A stretch of DNA of 34,882 bases, taken from Phenylobacterium sp. GTDB lineage: Bacteria; Pseudomonadota; Alphaproteobacteria; Caulobacterales; Caulobacteraceae. This document shows positions 17,768 through 27,767 of this stretch, one piece after another. A program made the position numbers and the translations under genes. The notes under the pieces are model-generated. The model worked only from the letters and a program-made list of their open reading frames with translations. It was not told the DNA's origin and searched no databases. Every line of letters begins with the position of its first letter. Position 1 is the first letter of the stretch. The stretch lies in NCBI GenBank assembly GCA_046093265.1, contig JBJTFE010000098.1, forward strand, positions 1 through 34,882. Direction: 5' to 3'.

Positions 17768-19255
17768 ATGAAGGAGTCCGTCGCCGTCATCGGAGCCGGC
17801 ATGGCCGGCCTCTGGACCGCCCTCGCCCTCGCTCCGACCGGGCGCCGGGTCACCCTGCTGGACCGCGATCCGCCGCCCCCGCCCGGAGATGCCGACGAGG
17901 CCTTCACCGCATGGGCGCACCGTGGGGTCACCCACCTGAGGCACAGCCACGCCTTCCTCGCCCGCCTGCGCGGTGTCATCCGGGATGAGCACCCCGCTCT
18001 TCTGGAGGCCCTGGCCGCCGCCGGCTGCCGGGAACTGGGCCTTGACGGAATGCTGACTGACCGCCACCGGCGGCGCTGGACACCCCGTCCCGAGGATGCT
18101 GACCTGGTCGTTCTGACCAGCCGCCGCACGACGCTAGAACTGGTCATCCGGCGCTATGTCGAGGCTATGCCGAACGTGGCGATCCGCAGCGAGGCCTTCA
18201 TCGAGGGGCTTTGCGCGTCGGCAGACGCGCCTGTGCGGGTGACCGGCGTCCGGCTGCGCGGCGGCGAAACGCTGGAGGCCGACCTGGTGGTCGACGCCAG
18301 CGGACGGACCTCCTCAGCCTTCGAACACCTGGCCGACCTGGGCGTGGCGGTGGGCGAGACCGCCGAGGACGCGGGCATCCTCTACTTCACCCGCCATTAT
18401 CGGCTGCGCCCCGGTCAGGCTGAGCCGCCGCGGGGGGGCGCCCCCGCCACGGGCGACCTGGGCTTCATCAAGTTCGGCGTTTTCCCGGCCGACAACGGGT
18501 GCTTTTCCATCACGCTCTGCGTGCCGGAGATCGAGCTTGAGATCCGCAAGACCATCGTCGATCCCGCCATCTTCGACGGCATCTGCCGGGAGATTCCCGG
18601 CATGCGCCCCTGGCTGGAGCCGGAGCGCACCGAAGCGGTGAGCAAGGTCTACGGCATGGGCGACCTGAAGAGCCGCTGGCGCACCCTGGCGCCGGAGGGA
18701 CAGGCGGCCGTGCTCGGCTTCTTCGCCGTCGGCGACAGTCTGATCCGGACCAATCCCCTCTATGGTCGCGGGTGCGCCTTCGCCGCGGTCAGCGCCACCC
18801 TTCTTCGGGACGCTCTTGAGGGTGGCGAGGACCCGGCTGCACGGCTTGTCGCCTACGAGGCCGGCCTGAAGCGGGAGATACTCCCGTTCTTCGACACCAT
18901 GCGGAAGGATGACCAATCGGCTATCCGGAGGGCCCGGCAGGCCCTGAACCCGAACCACCGGCCCGGTCTGCGAAGCCGCATCCTGAAGAGCTTCGCCGAG
19001 GATGGCGTGGCCATCGCCATCCGCTCGGACCCCGACCTCCTGCGGGCGGCGATGCGGGGTTTCCACATGCTGGAGCACCCTTCGGACTGGCTGAAGCGTC
19101 CGGGGAACCTCGGGAAGGTCCTGATGCACTGGATGACCCCGCGCGCGGCCAAGTCCGACGTGTATCCGCCCAAGGCGGGGCCGGGGCGGGACGAGTTGAT
19201 GCGCGCGGTGGGGCTCGACCCCGAACTCGACGTCGCCCGGGTGTCGGCAGGCTAA
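17768..19255 (+). CDS. FAD-dependent oxidoreductase/monooxygenase of unknown substrate
   Basis: VIGAGMAG Rossmann motif, DLVVDASGR and GDSLIRTNPLYGRG. Starts 1 nt after the dsbA stop. Confidence 0.88.
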   Translation: MKESVAVIGAGMAGLWTALALAPTGRRVTLLDRDPPPPPGDADEAFTAWAHRGVTHLRHSHAFLARLRGVIRDEHPALLEALAAAGCRELGLDGMLTDRHRRRWTPRPEDADLVVLTSRRTTLELVIRRYVEAMPNVAIRSEAFIEGLCASADAPVRVTGVRLRGGETLEADLVVDASGRTSSAFEHLADLGVAVGETAEDAGILYFTRHYRLRPGQAEPPRGGAPATGDLGFIKFGVFPADNGCFSITLCVPEIELEIRKTIVDPAIFDGICREIPGMRPWLEPERTEAVSKVYGMGDLKSRWRTLAPEGQAAVLGFFAVGDSLIRTNPLYGRGCAFAAVSATLLRDALEGGEDPAARLVAYEAGLKREILPFFDTMRKDDQSAIRRARQALNPNHRPGLRSRILKSFAEDGVAIAIRSDPDLLRAAMRGFHMLEHPSDWLKRPGNLGKVLMHWMTPRAAKSDVYPPKAGPGRDELMRAVGLDPELDVARVSAG

Positions 19256-19258
19256 GGC

Positions 19259-19525
19259 TCAGTCCCCGTCCCAGCGCCAGCGCAAGGGCTGGGTCCGGTC
19301 CATCTTCAGCCACACCACCACGAGCAGGAGGGCCGTGCATCCCATCAGGACGGCCAGGATCCCCAGCGCCTCGCGCCCCCGGACCTCACGTCCCATCAGC
19401 GAAGGGATGATCGCCATCGCGAGGACGTAGACCCCGATGCAGGCCCAACCCTGTCCGGACGTCGGAGAGACGCCATAGCCAAAGCGCCGCGGTCCGAACC
19501 AGGGCTTACCGAGGGGAAGCTTCAT
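19259..19525 (-). CDS. Small two-TM membrane protein of unknown function
   Basis: 88 aa. N-terminal WFGPRRFGYG...QGW, two hydrophobic helices, C-terminal WRW. Fills the gap directly downstream of thiG. Confidence 0.75.
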   Translation of the reverse strand: MKLPLGKPWFGPRRFGYGVSPTSGQGWACIGVYVLAMAIIPSLMGREVRGREALGILAVLMGCTALLLVVVWLKMDRTQPLRWRWDGD

Positions 19526-19537
19526 CCGGTCCGGCCG

Positions 19538-20338
19538 TCAGATGCGCCCGGCGAAGGGCGAGGACGGATCGCCATACCGGCGCTTCGCCATCCGTCCGGC
19601 CAGGAAGGCCTGCCGGCCGGCGATAACCGCATGCTTCATGGCGTCAGCCATGCGGATGGGATCCTTAGCCTCGGCGATGGCGGTGTTGGTCATCACCGCG
19701 TCACAGCCCATCTCCATCGACACGACGGCGTCGGAGGCGGTGCCGACGCCGGCGTCCACCAGCACCGGGATCCTGGTCTGTTCGATGATGAGGCCGAGGT
19801 TCAGGAAATTCTGGATGCCACGGCCCGAGCCGATCGGCGCAGCGGCCGGCATGATCGCCGCCGCCCCCGCGTCCTCCAGCTTGCGCGCGTAGACCGGATC
19901 GTCCGAGCAGTAGACCATCACCTGGAAGCCGTCGGCCACCAGCAGCTTCAATGCCCGCAGGGTCTCTTCCATGTCGGGCAGCAGGTGAGCCGTCTGCGAC
20001 AGCACCTCGAGCTTCACCAGGCCCCAGCCGCCGGCCTCGCGGGCCAGGCGCAGGGTGCGGACCGCCTCTTCGCCCGTGTAGCAACCGGCGGTGTTGGGCA
20101 GGTAGGTGAAGCGGTCGGGCTTCACGAAATCCGCGAGCATCGGCCGGCTCGGATCAGAGAGGTTCACCCGCCGCAGCGCGACCGTGACGATCTCGGCGCC
20201 CGCCGCCTCGGCCGCAGCCACGTTCTGGGCGTAGTCCTTGAACTTCCCCGTCCCGATGATCAGGCGTGAGGTGAAGGTACGGCCGGCGACCGTCCAGGTG
20301 TCTTCCGCCGCCGCTGGGGGTGAAGTCGCCTCCGGCAT
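19538..20338 (-). CDS. thiG: Thiazole synthase
   Basis: [34 protein letters not shown]. Confidence 0.97.
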   Translation of the reverse strand: MPEATSPPAAAEDTWTVAGRTFTSRLIIGTGKFKDYAQNVAAAEAAGAEIVTVALRRVNLSDPSRPMLADFVKPDRFTYLPNTAGCYTGEEAVRTLRLAREAGGWGLVKLEVLSQTAHLLPDMEETLRALKLLVADGFQVMVYCSDDPVYARKLEDAGAAAIMPAAAPIGSGRGIQNFLNLGLIIEQTRIPVLVDAGVGTASDAVVSMEMGCDAVMTNTAIAEAKDPIRMADAMKHAVIAGRQAFLAGRMAKRRYGDPSSPFAGRI

Positions 20339-20339
20339 G

Positions 20340-20546
20340 TCAGCCTCCGCCTATGAAGTGAACGATCTCGAGCCGGTCCCCGTCGGCGAGCTCGGTCCGT
20401 GCGTAGAGGGAGCGGGGCACGATCTCGAGGTTGCGCTCCACAGCGACCTTGCGGGCGTCAAGGCCAAGGGCGGCGACGAGTTCGGAGACCGTGCGAACCG
20501 CCTGCATTACGCGGCTCTCACCGTTCAGGACCAGGGTCAGACTCAT
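20340..20546 (-). CDS. thiS: Sulfur carrier protein ThiS
   Basis: 68 aa with [13 protein letters not shown] and C-terminal [17 protein letters not shown]. Confidence 0.96.
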   Translation of the reverse strand: MSLTLVLNGESRVMQAVRTVSELVAALGLDARKVAVERNLEIVPRSLYARTELADGDRLEIVHFIGGG

Positions 20547-20633
20547 GCTCCTGCTTGTGACCCCAGCCGCTCGCCGTTACAAGACGCCGAATCCGGTTTC
20601 GGCGGGTCTGCGCCCGCCGGAACGGTGTCGGCG

Positions 20634-20720
20634 ATGATCGACCTTCGGCATCACGCCGTTGTGTCCCCAGCGGGGTCTGTCCCCGTGTTCGCGCCGGCTT
20701 GGGTTCGATAGAAGGTCAGG
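20634..20720 (+). pseudogene. Possible decayed 3' remnant of aroQ
   Basis: LRHHAVVSPAG, then AGLG in another frame, echoes the type II dehydroquinase C-terminus (FRHHSYVS.AA.GVI.GLG) at the usual aroQ position before accB. Confidence 0.35.
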
Positions 20721-20767
20721 ACGTCCGCCCATGCGGTCGCCGAGACGACGAAGCACAGGATCCCCAA

Positions 20768-21259
20768 ATGCCGTCCAGTCCCAAGGCCCCCGCCGAACAG
20801 ATCGATGCACGCCTTGTCCGCCGCCTCGCCGGCATCCTCAACGACACGGGATTGTCCGAGATCGAAGTGGAGCATGAGGGTCTCAGGATCCGGGTCGCCC
20901 GTACGCTGACCGCTTCGGCCCCGATCGCCGTCGCCGCACCGCCCCCCGCCCCGATGGCGTCGGTTCAGACCGTGGATGTCTCCGCGCCAGCCGCCGTCAC
21001 AGCCACCTCCGCGCCTGCGGCGAATGGCGACGCGGTAAAGTCGCCGATGGTCGGCACCATCTACCTGCAACCGCAACCGGAATCTCCGCCGTTTGTCAGG
21101 GTGGGCGACACGGTCTCGGAGGGTCAGACGTTGATGATCGTCGAGGCCATGAAGACCATGAACCCGATCCCCGCTCCGAGGGCCGGCCGCGTTCTGGAGA
21201 TCCTCGTGGCGAACGGCCAGCCGGTGGAGTTCGGCGAACCTCTGGCGATCATCGGTTAG
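20768..21259 (+). CDS. accB: Acetyl-CoA carboxylase biotin carboxyl carrier protein
   Basis: Ala/Pro linker, SPMVGT and EAMKTM biotinylation motif. Confidence 0.97.
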   Translation: MPSSPKAPAEQIDARLVRRLAGILNDTGLSEIEVEHEGLRIRVARTLTASAPIAVAAPPPAPMASVQTVDVSAPAAVTATSAPAANGDAVKSPMVGTIYLQPQPESPPFVRVGDTVSEGQTLMIVEAMKTMNPIPAPRAGRVLEILVANGQPVEFGEPLAIIG

Positions 21260-21262
21260 GCC

Positions 21263-22615
21263 ATGTTCGACAAGATCCTGATCGCAAACCGGGGCGAAAT
21301 CGCCCTGCGTGTGCACCGCGCCTGCAAGGAGATGGGCATCTCGACCGTCGCGGTCCACTCGGAGGCCGACGCCGGCGCCATGTGGGTGCGTCTTGCAGAT
21401 GAGAGCGTCTGCATCGGTCCGGCGACGGCGGCCAAGAGCTATCTCAATATTCCGGCCATCATCGCCGCGGCCGAGATCACCGGGGCCCAGGCCATCCATC
21501 CGGGTTACGGCTTTCTCTCGGAGAACGCCCGCTTCGCCGAGATCGTGAACGCCCACGGCTTCACCTTCATCGGCCCTCGTCCCGAGCACATCACGATGAT
21601 GGGCGATAAGATCACCGCCAAACAGGCGGTGAGGGATGCGGGCATCCCCGTCGTACCGGGGTCGGACGGGGCGGTGACGACGGAAGAAGAGGCCTTCGCG
21701 GCGGCCCGCGAGATCGGCTTTCCAGTGCTCATCAAGGCCGCGGCCGGCGGCGGTGGGCGCGGCATGAAGGTCGCCCGGACCGAGGAAGATCTGGCTGAGG
21801 CGGTGTCCACCGCCCGCGCCGAGGCCCGCGCGGCATTCGGCGACGACGCCGTCTATCTTGAGCGCTACCTGCAGGGGCCGCGGCACATCGAGCTACAGGT
21901 CATCGCCGATAGCTTCGGCAATGTCTGCCACCTGGGCGAGCGGGATTGTTCCCTTCAGCGACGCCACCAGAAGGTCCTCGAAGAAGCGCCCTCCCCGGTC
22001 ATTGACGCCGCCGCCCGTGCGAAGATCGGCAAGGTGGTCGTCGAGGCCATCCGGCGGATCGGCTATCTCGGGGTCGGGACGATCGAGTTCCTTTATGAGA
22101 ACGGGGAGTTCTTCTTCATCGAGATGAACACCCGCCTCCAGGTCGAGCATCCCGTCACCGAGGCGATAACCGGAATCGATCTGGTTCGCGAACAGATCCG
22201 CGTCGCTACAGGCCTGCCCCTTTCCTTCTCCCAGAAGGATATCGCATACGAGGGCCACGCCATTGAATGCCGCATCAACGCAGAGAACCCAAGAACCTTT
22301 ACGCCCTCCCCGGGCCTGATCTCGGACTTCCACGCGCCGGGTGGCCTGGGCGTGCGCCTCGACAGCGCCATCTACGCCGGCTACGCCATCCCGCCCTTCT
22401 ATGACAGCCTGATCGGCAAGCTGATTGTTCACGGTCGCGACCGTGAGGAATGTATCGCCCGCCTGAGCCGGTGCCTGAGCGAGATGGTGGTGAGCGGCGT
22501 CGAAACGACCATTCCCCTCTTTCAGGATCTTCTGCTTCAGCCGGACTTCCTGATGGGCGACTATACGATCCACTGGCTGGAGCGCTGGCTGAAGGACCAG
22601 TCGGAGTCCAGGTGA
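21263..22615 (+). CDS. accC: Acetyl-CoA carboxylase biotin carboxylase
   Basis: [54 protein letters not shown]. Confidence 0.98.
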   Translation: MFDKILIANRGEIALRVHRACKEMGISTVAVHSEADAGAMWVRLADESVCIGPATAAKSYLNIPAIIAAAEITGAQAIHPGYGFLSENARFAEIVNAHGFTFIGPRPEHITMMGDKITAKQAVRDAGIPVVPGSDGAVTTEEEAFAAAREIGFPVLIKAAAGGGGRGMKVARTEEDLAEAVSTARAEARAAFGDDAVYLERYLQGPRHIELQVIADSFGNVCHLGERDCSLQRRHQKVLEEAPSPVIDAAARAKIGKVVVEAIRRIGYLGVGTIEFLYENGEFFFIEMNTRLQVEHPVTEAITGIDLVREQIRVATGLPLSFSQKDIAYEGHAIECRINAENPRTFTPSPGLISDFHAPGGLGVRLDSAIYAGYAIPPFYDSLIGKLIVHGRDREECIARLSRCLSEMVVSGVETTIPLFQDLLLQPDFLMGDYTIHWLERWLKDQSESR

Positions 22616-23256
22616 ACTACGGGACGGGCCGGAGCCCGGTGCTGGACGTCTATGCGCGCGGCCTCTTTCCCATGGCGCAGTCGGCGACCGATCCCTCGGT
22701 CTTTCTTGTCGACCCGGACGCCCGCGGCGTCTTCCCGCTGAAGGGTCAAAGACTTCCCCGCCGTCTCCAGCGCACGATCCGCCGCGACGTCTTCGAGGTC
22801 CGGATCAACTCCGACTTCCCGGGGGTCCTTGCGGCCTGCGCCAACCCTGAACGCGTCGGCGCGTGGATCAACCCGCCCCTGCGCCAGATGTATCTCGATC
22901 TTCACGCTTCAGGTTCCGCGTATTCGTTCGAATCCTGGCGGGAGGGAAGGCTGGCTGGCGGACTCTTCGGCGTCTGCCTGAAAGGCGCCTTCTTCGGGGA
23001 GAGCATGTTTTCCGTTGAGACCGACGCCTCGAAGGTGGCGCTCGCCCATCTTGCGGCGCATTTGATCCTCGGGGGTTTCCGCCTGCTAGACGCCCAGTTC
23101 ATCACGGATCACCTGGCCCGCCTCGGGGCCGAGGAAATCCCGCGCTCCGTCTATCTGGAGCGCCTGTCCGAGGCGCTGGCGGTCGACGGCCGGATCGAGT
23201 CCTCCGCTGTCCTGAGTGGCGCGGAGGTCCTGCAGGTAATCAGCCAGGCGTCATAG
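22612..23256 (+). CDS. aat: Leucyl/phenylalanyl-tRNA--protein transferase
   Basis: [41 protein letters not shown] start overlaps the accC TGA (GTGA). Confidence 0.93.
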   Translation: MNYGTGRSPVLDVYARGLFPMAQSATDPSVFLVDPDARGVFPLKGQRLPRRLQRTIRRDVFEVRINSDFPGVLAACANPERVGAWINPPLRQMYLDLHASGSAYSFESWREGRLAGGLFGVCLKGAFFGESMFSVETDASKVALAHLAAHLILGGFRLLDAQFITDHLARLGAEEIPRSVYLERLSEALAVDGRIESSAVLSGAEVLQVISQAS

Positions 23257-23849
23257 ATCGGATGTTCCAGGCCATTCAGGCTCGGAGAGGAGGCGTAGAT
23301 CCAGCCTCGGAAAATCTGCCGGGACCCCGGGCTCGGCCGGCCCGACTGGGCCAGGGGCTGGGATTCGACGCTGATGTAGGCGACGGTATCCTCCATCGGC
23401 TCATCGGCCGCGGTGCTTTCGCAGGCGCGGACGGTCAGCACAATCGATCCGTAGCGCACAGGCTGACCCACAGGCGCCTCGAACCGGATGGTTTCAGCGG
23501 TGACCTTGTCGACGGCCTGCAGGACGGCGACGTCAAAGCGCGGGCGCTGCCTTACGCTCTCGGTCGGCTTTTCTGCAACACGACGCTCAGGCGGTGCGGC
23601 GGGAGCGACCTGGGAAGGGGCAACCGGTGGCGCCACAGCTGGCGGAGGAGCCTGCACCACGGCGGGCGGCGCCTCTTCGTCGACACTGGCGGGTCCGACC
23701 GACCCCTGCACGCCCCCGGGGGGAGGAGCCGTCTGCTGCGCAGGCGCAAGACCTGCGGTCGCCAGCACCACAGTGACCGCGACGCCGATGCCGGCCAAGC
23801 CGGTGTTCAGAAAAGGGCGCCGTCTCTTACTCAGGACGCCAGGCCTCAT
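23151..23849 (-). CDS. DUF2155-family exported protein
   Basis: Signal peptide, Pro-rich linker, LQAVDKVTA, VRAC and [25 protein letters not shown]. Confidence 0.88.
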   Translation of the reverse strand: MRPGVLSKRRRPFLNTGLAGIGVAVTVVLATAGLAPAQQTAPPPGGVQGSVGPASVDEEAPPAVVQAPPPAVAPPVAPSQVAPAAPPERRVAEKPTESVRQRPRFDVAVLQAVDKVTAETIRFEAPVGQPVRYGSIVLTVRACESTAADEPMEDTVAYISVESQPLAQSGRPSPGSRQIFRGWIYASSPSLNGLEHPIYDAWLITCRTSAPLRTAEDSIRPSTASASDRRSR

Positions 23850-24228
23850 AGTCCCCGGCGGCGGGGGCCCGTCGACCGCCTCTGGTGATCGAGCCGCGGG
23901 GCCGCCAGGCCTGAACGGTCCCGGTGAGATTTGGCTGGTGATCCTTCTCCCATGACCTTCGGGTCAGGGGTGCAATCGTCGGCGGATCTTCGAAAGTGTA
24001 ATGCAGCCAGCCGTGCCACTCCGGAGGCACCTTCGAAGCGTCGGGATAGCCGGTGTAGATGACCCAGCGACGCCGTCGGCCATCATAAGAGTCGCGGGCG
24101 TCCCGGGCCTCGTAATAACGATTTCCGTAGTCGTCCTGACCGATCAGGACCCCGCGGCGCTTTATGTGAAAACCCGCGCCGATGGTCGCGCCGTTCCACC
24201 AGGTGAAGATCGCTTTCAGAACGCGCAC
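23827..24228 (-). CDS. NADH:ubiquinone oxidoreductase NDUFA12-family protein
   Basis: [52 protein letters not shown] 24228 is the likely start. Confidence 0.93.
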   Translation of the reverse strand: MRVLKAIFTWWNGATIGAGFHIKRRGVLIGQDDYGNRYYEARDARDSYDGRRRRWVIYTGYPDASKVPPEWHGWLHYTFEDPPTIAPLTRRSWEKDHQPNLTGTVQAWRPRGSITRGGRRAPAAGDYEAWRPE

Positions 24229-24297
24229 GCTGGTCCATCTCCCATTGCGACGCCGGAATATAGGCGGCGCGACCCTCAGCGTCCAGCGACGAGAAGG

Positions 24298-24345
24298 CCA
24301 CAACATCTTGTGGAAGACGCCCGATCCGCCCCCAACATCTGTTGC
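24298..24345. promoter_or_regulatory. Tandem NrdR-like boxes
   Basis: CCACAACATCTTGTGG (24298-24313) and CCCCAACATCTGTTGC (24330-24345), offset 32 bp, about 50 nt upstream of the nrdJ-like ATG. Confidence 0.75.
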
Positions 24346-24393
24346 CCACCTCAACGGGCCGACCTAACCTTTGCCCATCGGAGGCGACTTTCC

Positions 24394-26856
24394 ATGCACA
24401 CCCCGCCCGTCCTTGAACCCCGCCAGATCGAACGGGGAGCTGATTGCATCGAGGTCATTGCACCCGTGGGCTGGACAAACGCGCAAACGGAAGCCTGGCT
24501 GGACATCCTCGACGGATCCGTCGATCTGGGCGCCGCGATCAAGCGCCTGGCGGGGGATCGGGTCGACGCCATCCGGCGGCAAGGTCGCGCCTCGCGCAAG
24601 TTGGCGACCCGGGACCTTGCAAGTCGCCTGTCGAACCTGATGCTGGGGGGCGTAGTCACGATCGGTTCCCCGCGGGGTCTGATCCCCGACACGATCGCCG
24701 CCCATGACGGCGATCTGGCGAACAAGGTCGACCTGGCGCTCGCCGGTCTGAGGGGCGAGCGCCTCGCGCAGGCTGTCGCGGACAAGGCGTTCAGCACCCT
24801 GCAGGCGGTCAGAGAAGCGATCGAACGATGCGAGGGCCCTGGGGAAGCCTGCGGTTCAATCACCGGGAATCCTGGCCTGGCCAGGGCCGTGGACGGCGCG
24901 CGAGCCTTGGGCGTCCCGGACGATCTGATCCAGGAGGCGATGGAATCGGCCCGGAGCGGAAGCGCAACCCTTCGTGTCGCATCGTCTTCTCCCGCAGCAG
25001 ACTTCCCCCGTCTGATCATTCATCCGGCGGCGGCTGGCCTGAGCGTGACCCGACACCTCAGTGAGGCAATAGGATTTGCCGACACGCCGGCGACGGCTTC
25101 AGCCTTTGCATCCGCCTGCAGAAGGGAACGCGGCGCGGTGAACATCTGCGCCTTCGGTATGGGCGAAGACTTCGATACGCAGGCCTTCGAACAGGCGATT
25201 CAGGACCTGGCGCTGGCCCTTTCAGCGTCGGAAACTGGAGCTTCGCTCGCCCTCGCCGGACTGGGGGACTGGCTTCTCGCCCAGGGGATCACCTACGACT
25301 CGGACGCAGGCCGGCAGGCGGCGCGGGCGATCTTCAAACTGGCCCGCAAGGCCATCTCCCCCGATCTCGGGGTGGGCCTCGCCCTGTTCACCGATCCCGA
25401 ACTCGCCCTGCGGCTCGGCGCTGCGGACCCCTCCGGCGCGCCTGCGAAGAGCGTGATTGTGAGCATCGAGACCGAAGACGGGGCCTGTCTTCGCGCCTTC
25501 ACGTCCCAGGCGCTCAGGGCGCTCAATACCCTCGGGGTCGATGTGGCGGACGCTCGTCTGCACGGACTCGGAGCCAGAACGCTCGCGGACCTGCCGGGTG
25601 TCGACCGCACCGCATTGGAAGCCGTCGGGTTCACGGATCACGAAATCGCCTCCGTGGAAGCCGCCCTTCCCTTTTCCGAGCGTCTCTCGGACGCCCTTTC
25701 CCCCTGCGTGATCGATCCCGGCTTCCTGACGGACGTACTGGGGCTGACCGAAGCCGAGCTTTCCGACCCCGGCCTGAATCTGGCATCGCGCATGGGCTTT
25801 ACGCCGGCGCAGATCGCCCAGGCGGACGCCGCCATCGCTGGATCCGGACGCCTTTCGGACTTCCCGGGGCTGTCGGCGGAGGCGTCGGCCCTCTTCGCCG
25901 TCGGCGATGAAGTCGGTCCCATCGCCCGGGCCGCAATGGCCAGCGCCCTCGCCCCCCTGCTGGCCTCACCGCCCGTCGTCACGGTCGAAGCGACGTCGAT
26001 GGCGGATCTCCCGCTACGCCTCGCCGAACTTGCTCAGTTCCCGGGGATCGTCCTTCAGGGTCGGCTCCGGCGGCCGCCTCTGCCCGCGTCCGCCCCCGCC
26101 GAAGCCGCCGGGGATCGCCAGACCCGGACGGAACAGCGGGACGCGCATCCGGTCACAGAAGAACGGATCATCGAGCGGCGGGTCGAGGTCGAGCGCGCGC
26201 CCACCCGGCGCAAACTTCCGGATCGGCGCAAGGGCTACATCCAGAAGGCCTCTGTCGGCGGTCACAAGGTCTATCTGCACACCGGCGAGTACGACGACGG
26301 CGAGCTCGGTGAGATCTTCATCGACATGCACAAGGAGGGGGCCGCATTCCGGTCGCTGATGAACAATTTCGCCGTGTCCGTCTCCCTGGGTCTGCAATAC
26401 GGGGTGCCGCTGGAGGAATTTGTCGACGCCTTCGTCTTCACCCGCTTCGAGCCGGCGGGGCAGGTGACGGGCAACGACTCGGTCCGCTCGGCGACCTCAA
26501 TTCTCGACTACATCTTCCGGGAACTGGGCATCTCCTATCTGGCGCGGAACGATCTCGCGAACGCAGACGGCGAACTGAACGCGGATGGGCTGGGACGGGG
26601 AGCAGCGGACGGGCAGCCGCTGGGCGAGGCGGAGCCTCAACCCGTCTCCAGGTTCATCTCCAGGGGCTTCTCGCGCGGCGCAGCGCCTGACAACCTGGTC
26701 TTCCTGCCGACGGCGCAGGCGCGCTCCGGCGGAGCCGGGGCGCGGCGGGACGCCGATGTATGCCCCGCCTGTGGCGACTCCGCCCTCATAACCAGGGGTG
26801 CGGACCTGGTCTGCGATACCTGCGGCGCCCGGGCGGAAAGCGACCTGGTCGGCTGA
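24394..26856 (+). CDS. Degenerate class II ribonucleotide reductase (NrdJ) homologue with TSCPD domain and zinc ribbon; probably catalytically inactive
   Basis: GGAGG RBS, 820 aa. Strong NrdJ C-terminal match ([15 protein letters not shown]...[21 protein letters not shown]...[22 protein letters not shown]) and CPAC...CDTC. Faint upstream echoes (CEG...[14 protein letters not shown]). No NPCxE. Confidence 0.85.
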   Translation: MHTPPVLEPRQIERGADCIEVIAPVGWTNAQTEAWLDILDGSVDLGAAIKRLAGDRVDAIRRQGRASRKLATRDLASRLSNLMLGGVVTIGSPRGLIPDTIAAHDGDLANKVDLALAGLRGERLAQAVADKAFSTLQAVREAIERCEGPGEACGSITGNPGLARAVDGARALGVPDDLIQEAMESARSGSATLRVASSSPAADFPRLIIHPAAAGLSVTRHLSEAIGFADTPATASAFASACRRERGAVNICAFGMGEDFDTQAFEQAIQDLALALSASETGASLALAGLGDWLLAQGITYDSDAGRQAARAIFKLARKAISPDLGVGLALFTDPELALRLGAADPSGAPAKSVIVSIETEDGACLRAFTSQALRALNTLGVDVADARLHGLGARTLADLPGVDRTALEAVGFTDHEIASVEAALPFSERLSDALSPCVIDPGFLTDVLGLTEAELSDPGLNLASRMGFTPAQIAQADAAIAGSGRLSDFPGLSAEASALFAVGDEVGPIARAAMASALAPLLASPPVVTVEATSMADLPLRLAELAQFPGIVLQGRLRRPPLPASAPAEAAGDRQTRTEQRDAHPVTEERIIERRVEVERAPTRRKLPDRRKGYIQKASVGGHKVYLHTGEYDDGELGEIFIDMHKEGAAFRSLMNNFAVSVSLGLQYGVPLEEFVDAFVFTRFEPAGQVTGNDSVRSATSILDYIFRELGISYLARNDLANADGELNADGLGRGAADGQPLGEAEPQPVSRFISRGFSRGAAPDNLVFLPTAQARSGGAGARRDADVCPACGDSALITRGADLVCDTCGARAESDLVG

Positions 26857-26892
26857 CGGGTCTGAGCGGGACGGCGTAACGGGTCGCCGGGA

Positions 26893-27756
26893 TCATCGAC
26901 CCGCCCTCGACTTTTCAAGCGCGTACGCCTGAGAGCCTCGAGTCAGAACCCGGTCGGTGGGGGCAAGAGCATCGACGGGAAGCGTCGGCCTGTCGGCGAG
27001 GCGAGCGTAAATGGGTGCGAAGTCGGTATCCAGCGTCTGGTGCAGCAGGTCTTCGAACGAGTCGATGACGAAATATGTCTGCTGGAAATCGTCGATCCGG
27101 TAGTCGGTCTGCATCACGCGCTCCATATCGAATCCGACCCGGTTGGGCGACGGATCCTCCAGGCAGAAGACCGACTCCGCACTGGAGGAGACGATGCCCG
27201 CGCCATAGATCCGGAGGCCCTCGTCGCTACGGATCAGCCCGAACTCTACGGTGTACCAGTAGAGCCGGGACAGGTTGACCAGTGAACCCAGCCCCTCCGC
27301 CCGCAGCCCACCCTTTCCATAGGCCTGGACATAGTCGGCGAAGACCGGATTCGCGAGCAGGGGAACGTGGCCGAACACGTCATGAAACACGTCTGGCTCC
27401 TGCAGGTACCCTTCCTGGCCAGCCGACCGAATGAAACGACCGGAAACGAACCGTCGGTTGGCGAGATGCTCGAAAAAGACCTCGTCGGGAACCAGACCTG
27501 GCGCGGCCACCACCTGCCAGCCCGTCGCCTTCATCAGGCGACGGGACAGATCCTCGAAGTTGGGAACACCGGCTCTGTCGAGGCGCAGTATGTCGAGCCC
27601 TTCGATGAACTCCGGAACGGCTCTGCTGGGCAGGAGGCGCGCCTGCCGCTCGAACAGCCTGTCCCACATCGCGTGATCTTCTGCGGTGTAGGACTCCCAG
27701 TCCTGAGAGATCGTCCAGTCCGGGTTCGCCCCCTCGGGGAGGCTTGAATGACTCAT
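26893..27756 (-). CDS. phhA: Phenylalanine 4-monooxygenase
   Basis: YLQEPDVFHDVFGHVPLL iron motif, LYWYTVEFGL, YGAGIVSS, YRIDDFQQTYFVI. Confidence 0.97.
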   Translation of the reverse strand: MSHSSLPEGANPDWTISQDWESYTAEDHAMWDRLFERQARLLPSRAVPEFIEGLDILRLDRAGVPNFEDLSRRLMKATGWQVVAAPGLVPDEVFFEHLANRRFVSGRFIRSAGQEGYLQEPDVFHDVFGHVPLLANPVFADYVQAYGKGGLRAEGLGSLVNLSRLYWYTVEFGLIRSDEGLRIYGAGIVSSSAESVFCLEDPSPNRVGFDMERVMQTDYRIDDFQQTYFVIDSFEDLLHQTLDTDFAPIYARLADRPTLPVDALAPTDRVLTRGSQAYALEKSRAGR

Positions 27757-27767
27757 CGCATGGCCTC

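Noticed and set aside
20547-20767. TPP riboswitch upstream of thiS-thiG
   Set aside because: The conserved GCUGAGA and CCUGA core elements are not present on the minus strand.
24229-24393. Cobalamin riboswitch upstream of the nrdJ-like gene
   Set aside because: The spacer is only 165 bp, is shared with a divergent gene, and lacks the GGGAA/GCCACUG B12-box features.
24001-24393. N-terminal 131 codons of the 951-aa track ORF
   Set aside because: This stretch overlaps the NDUFA12 gene and the NrdR-like boxes. ATG 24394 has a GGAGG RBS and fits better.
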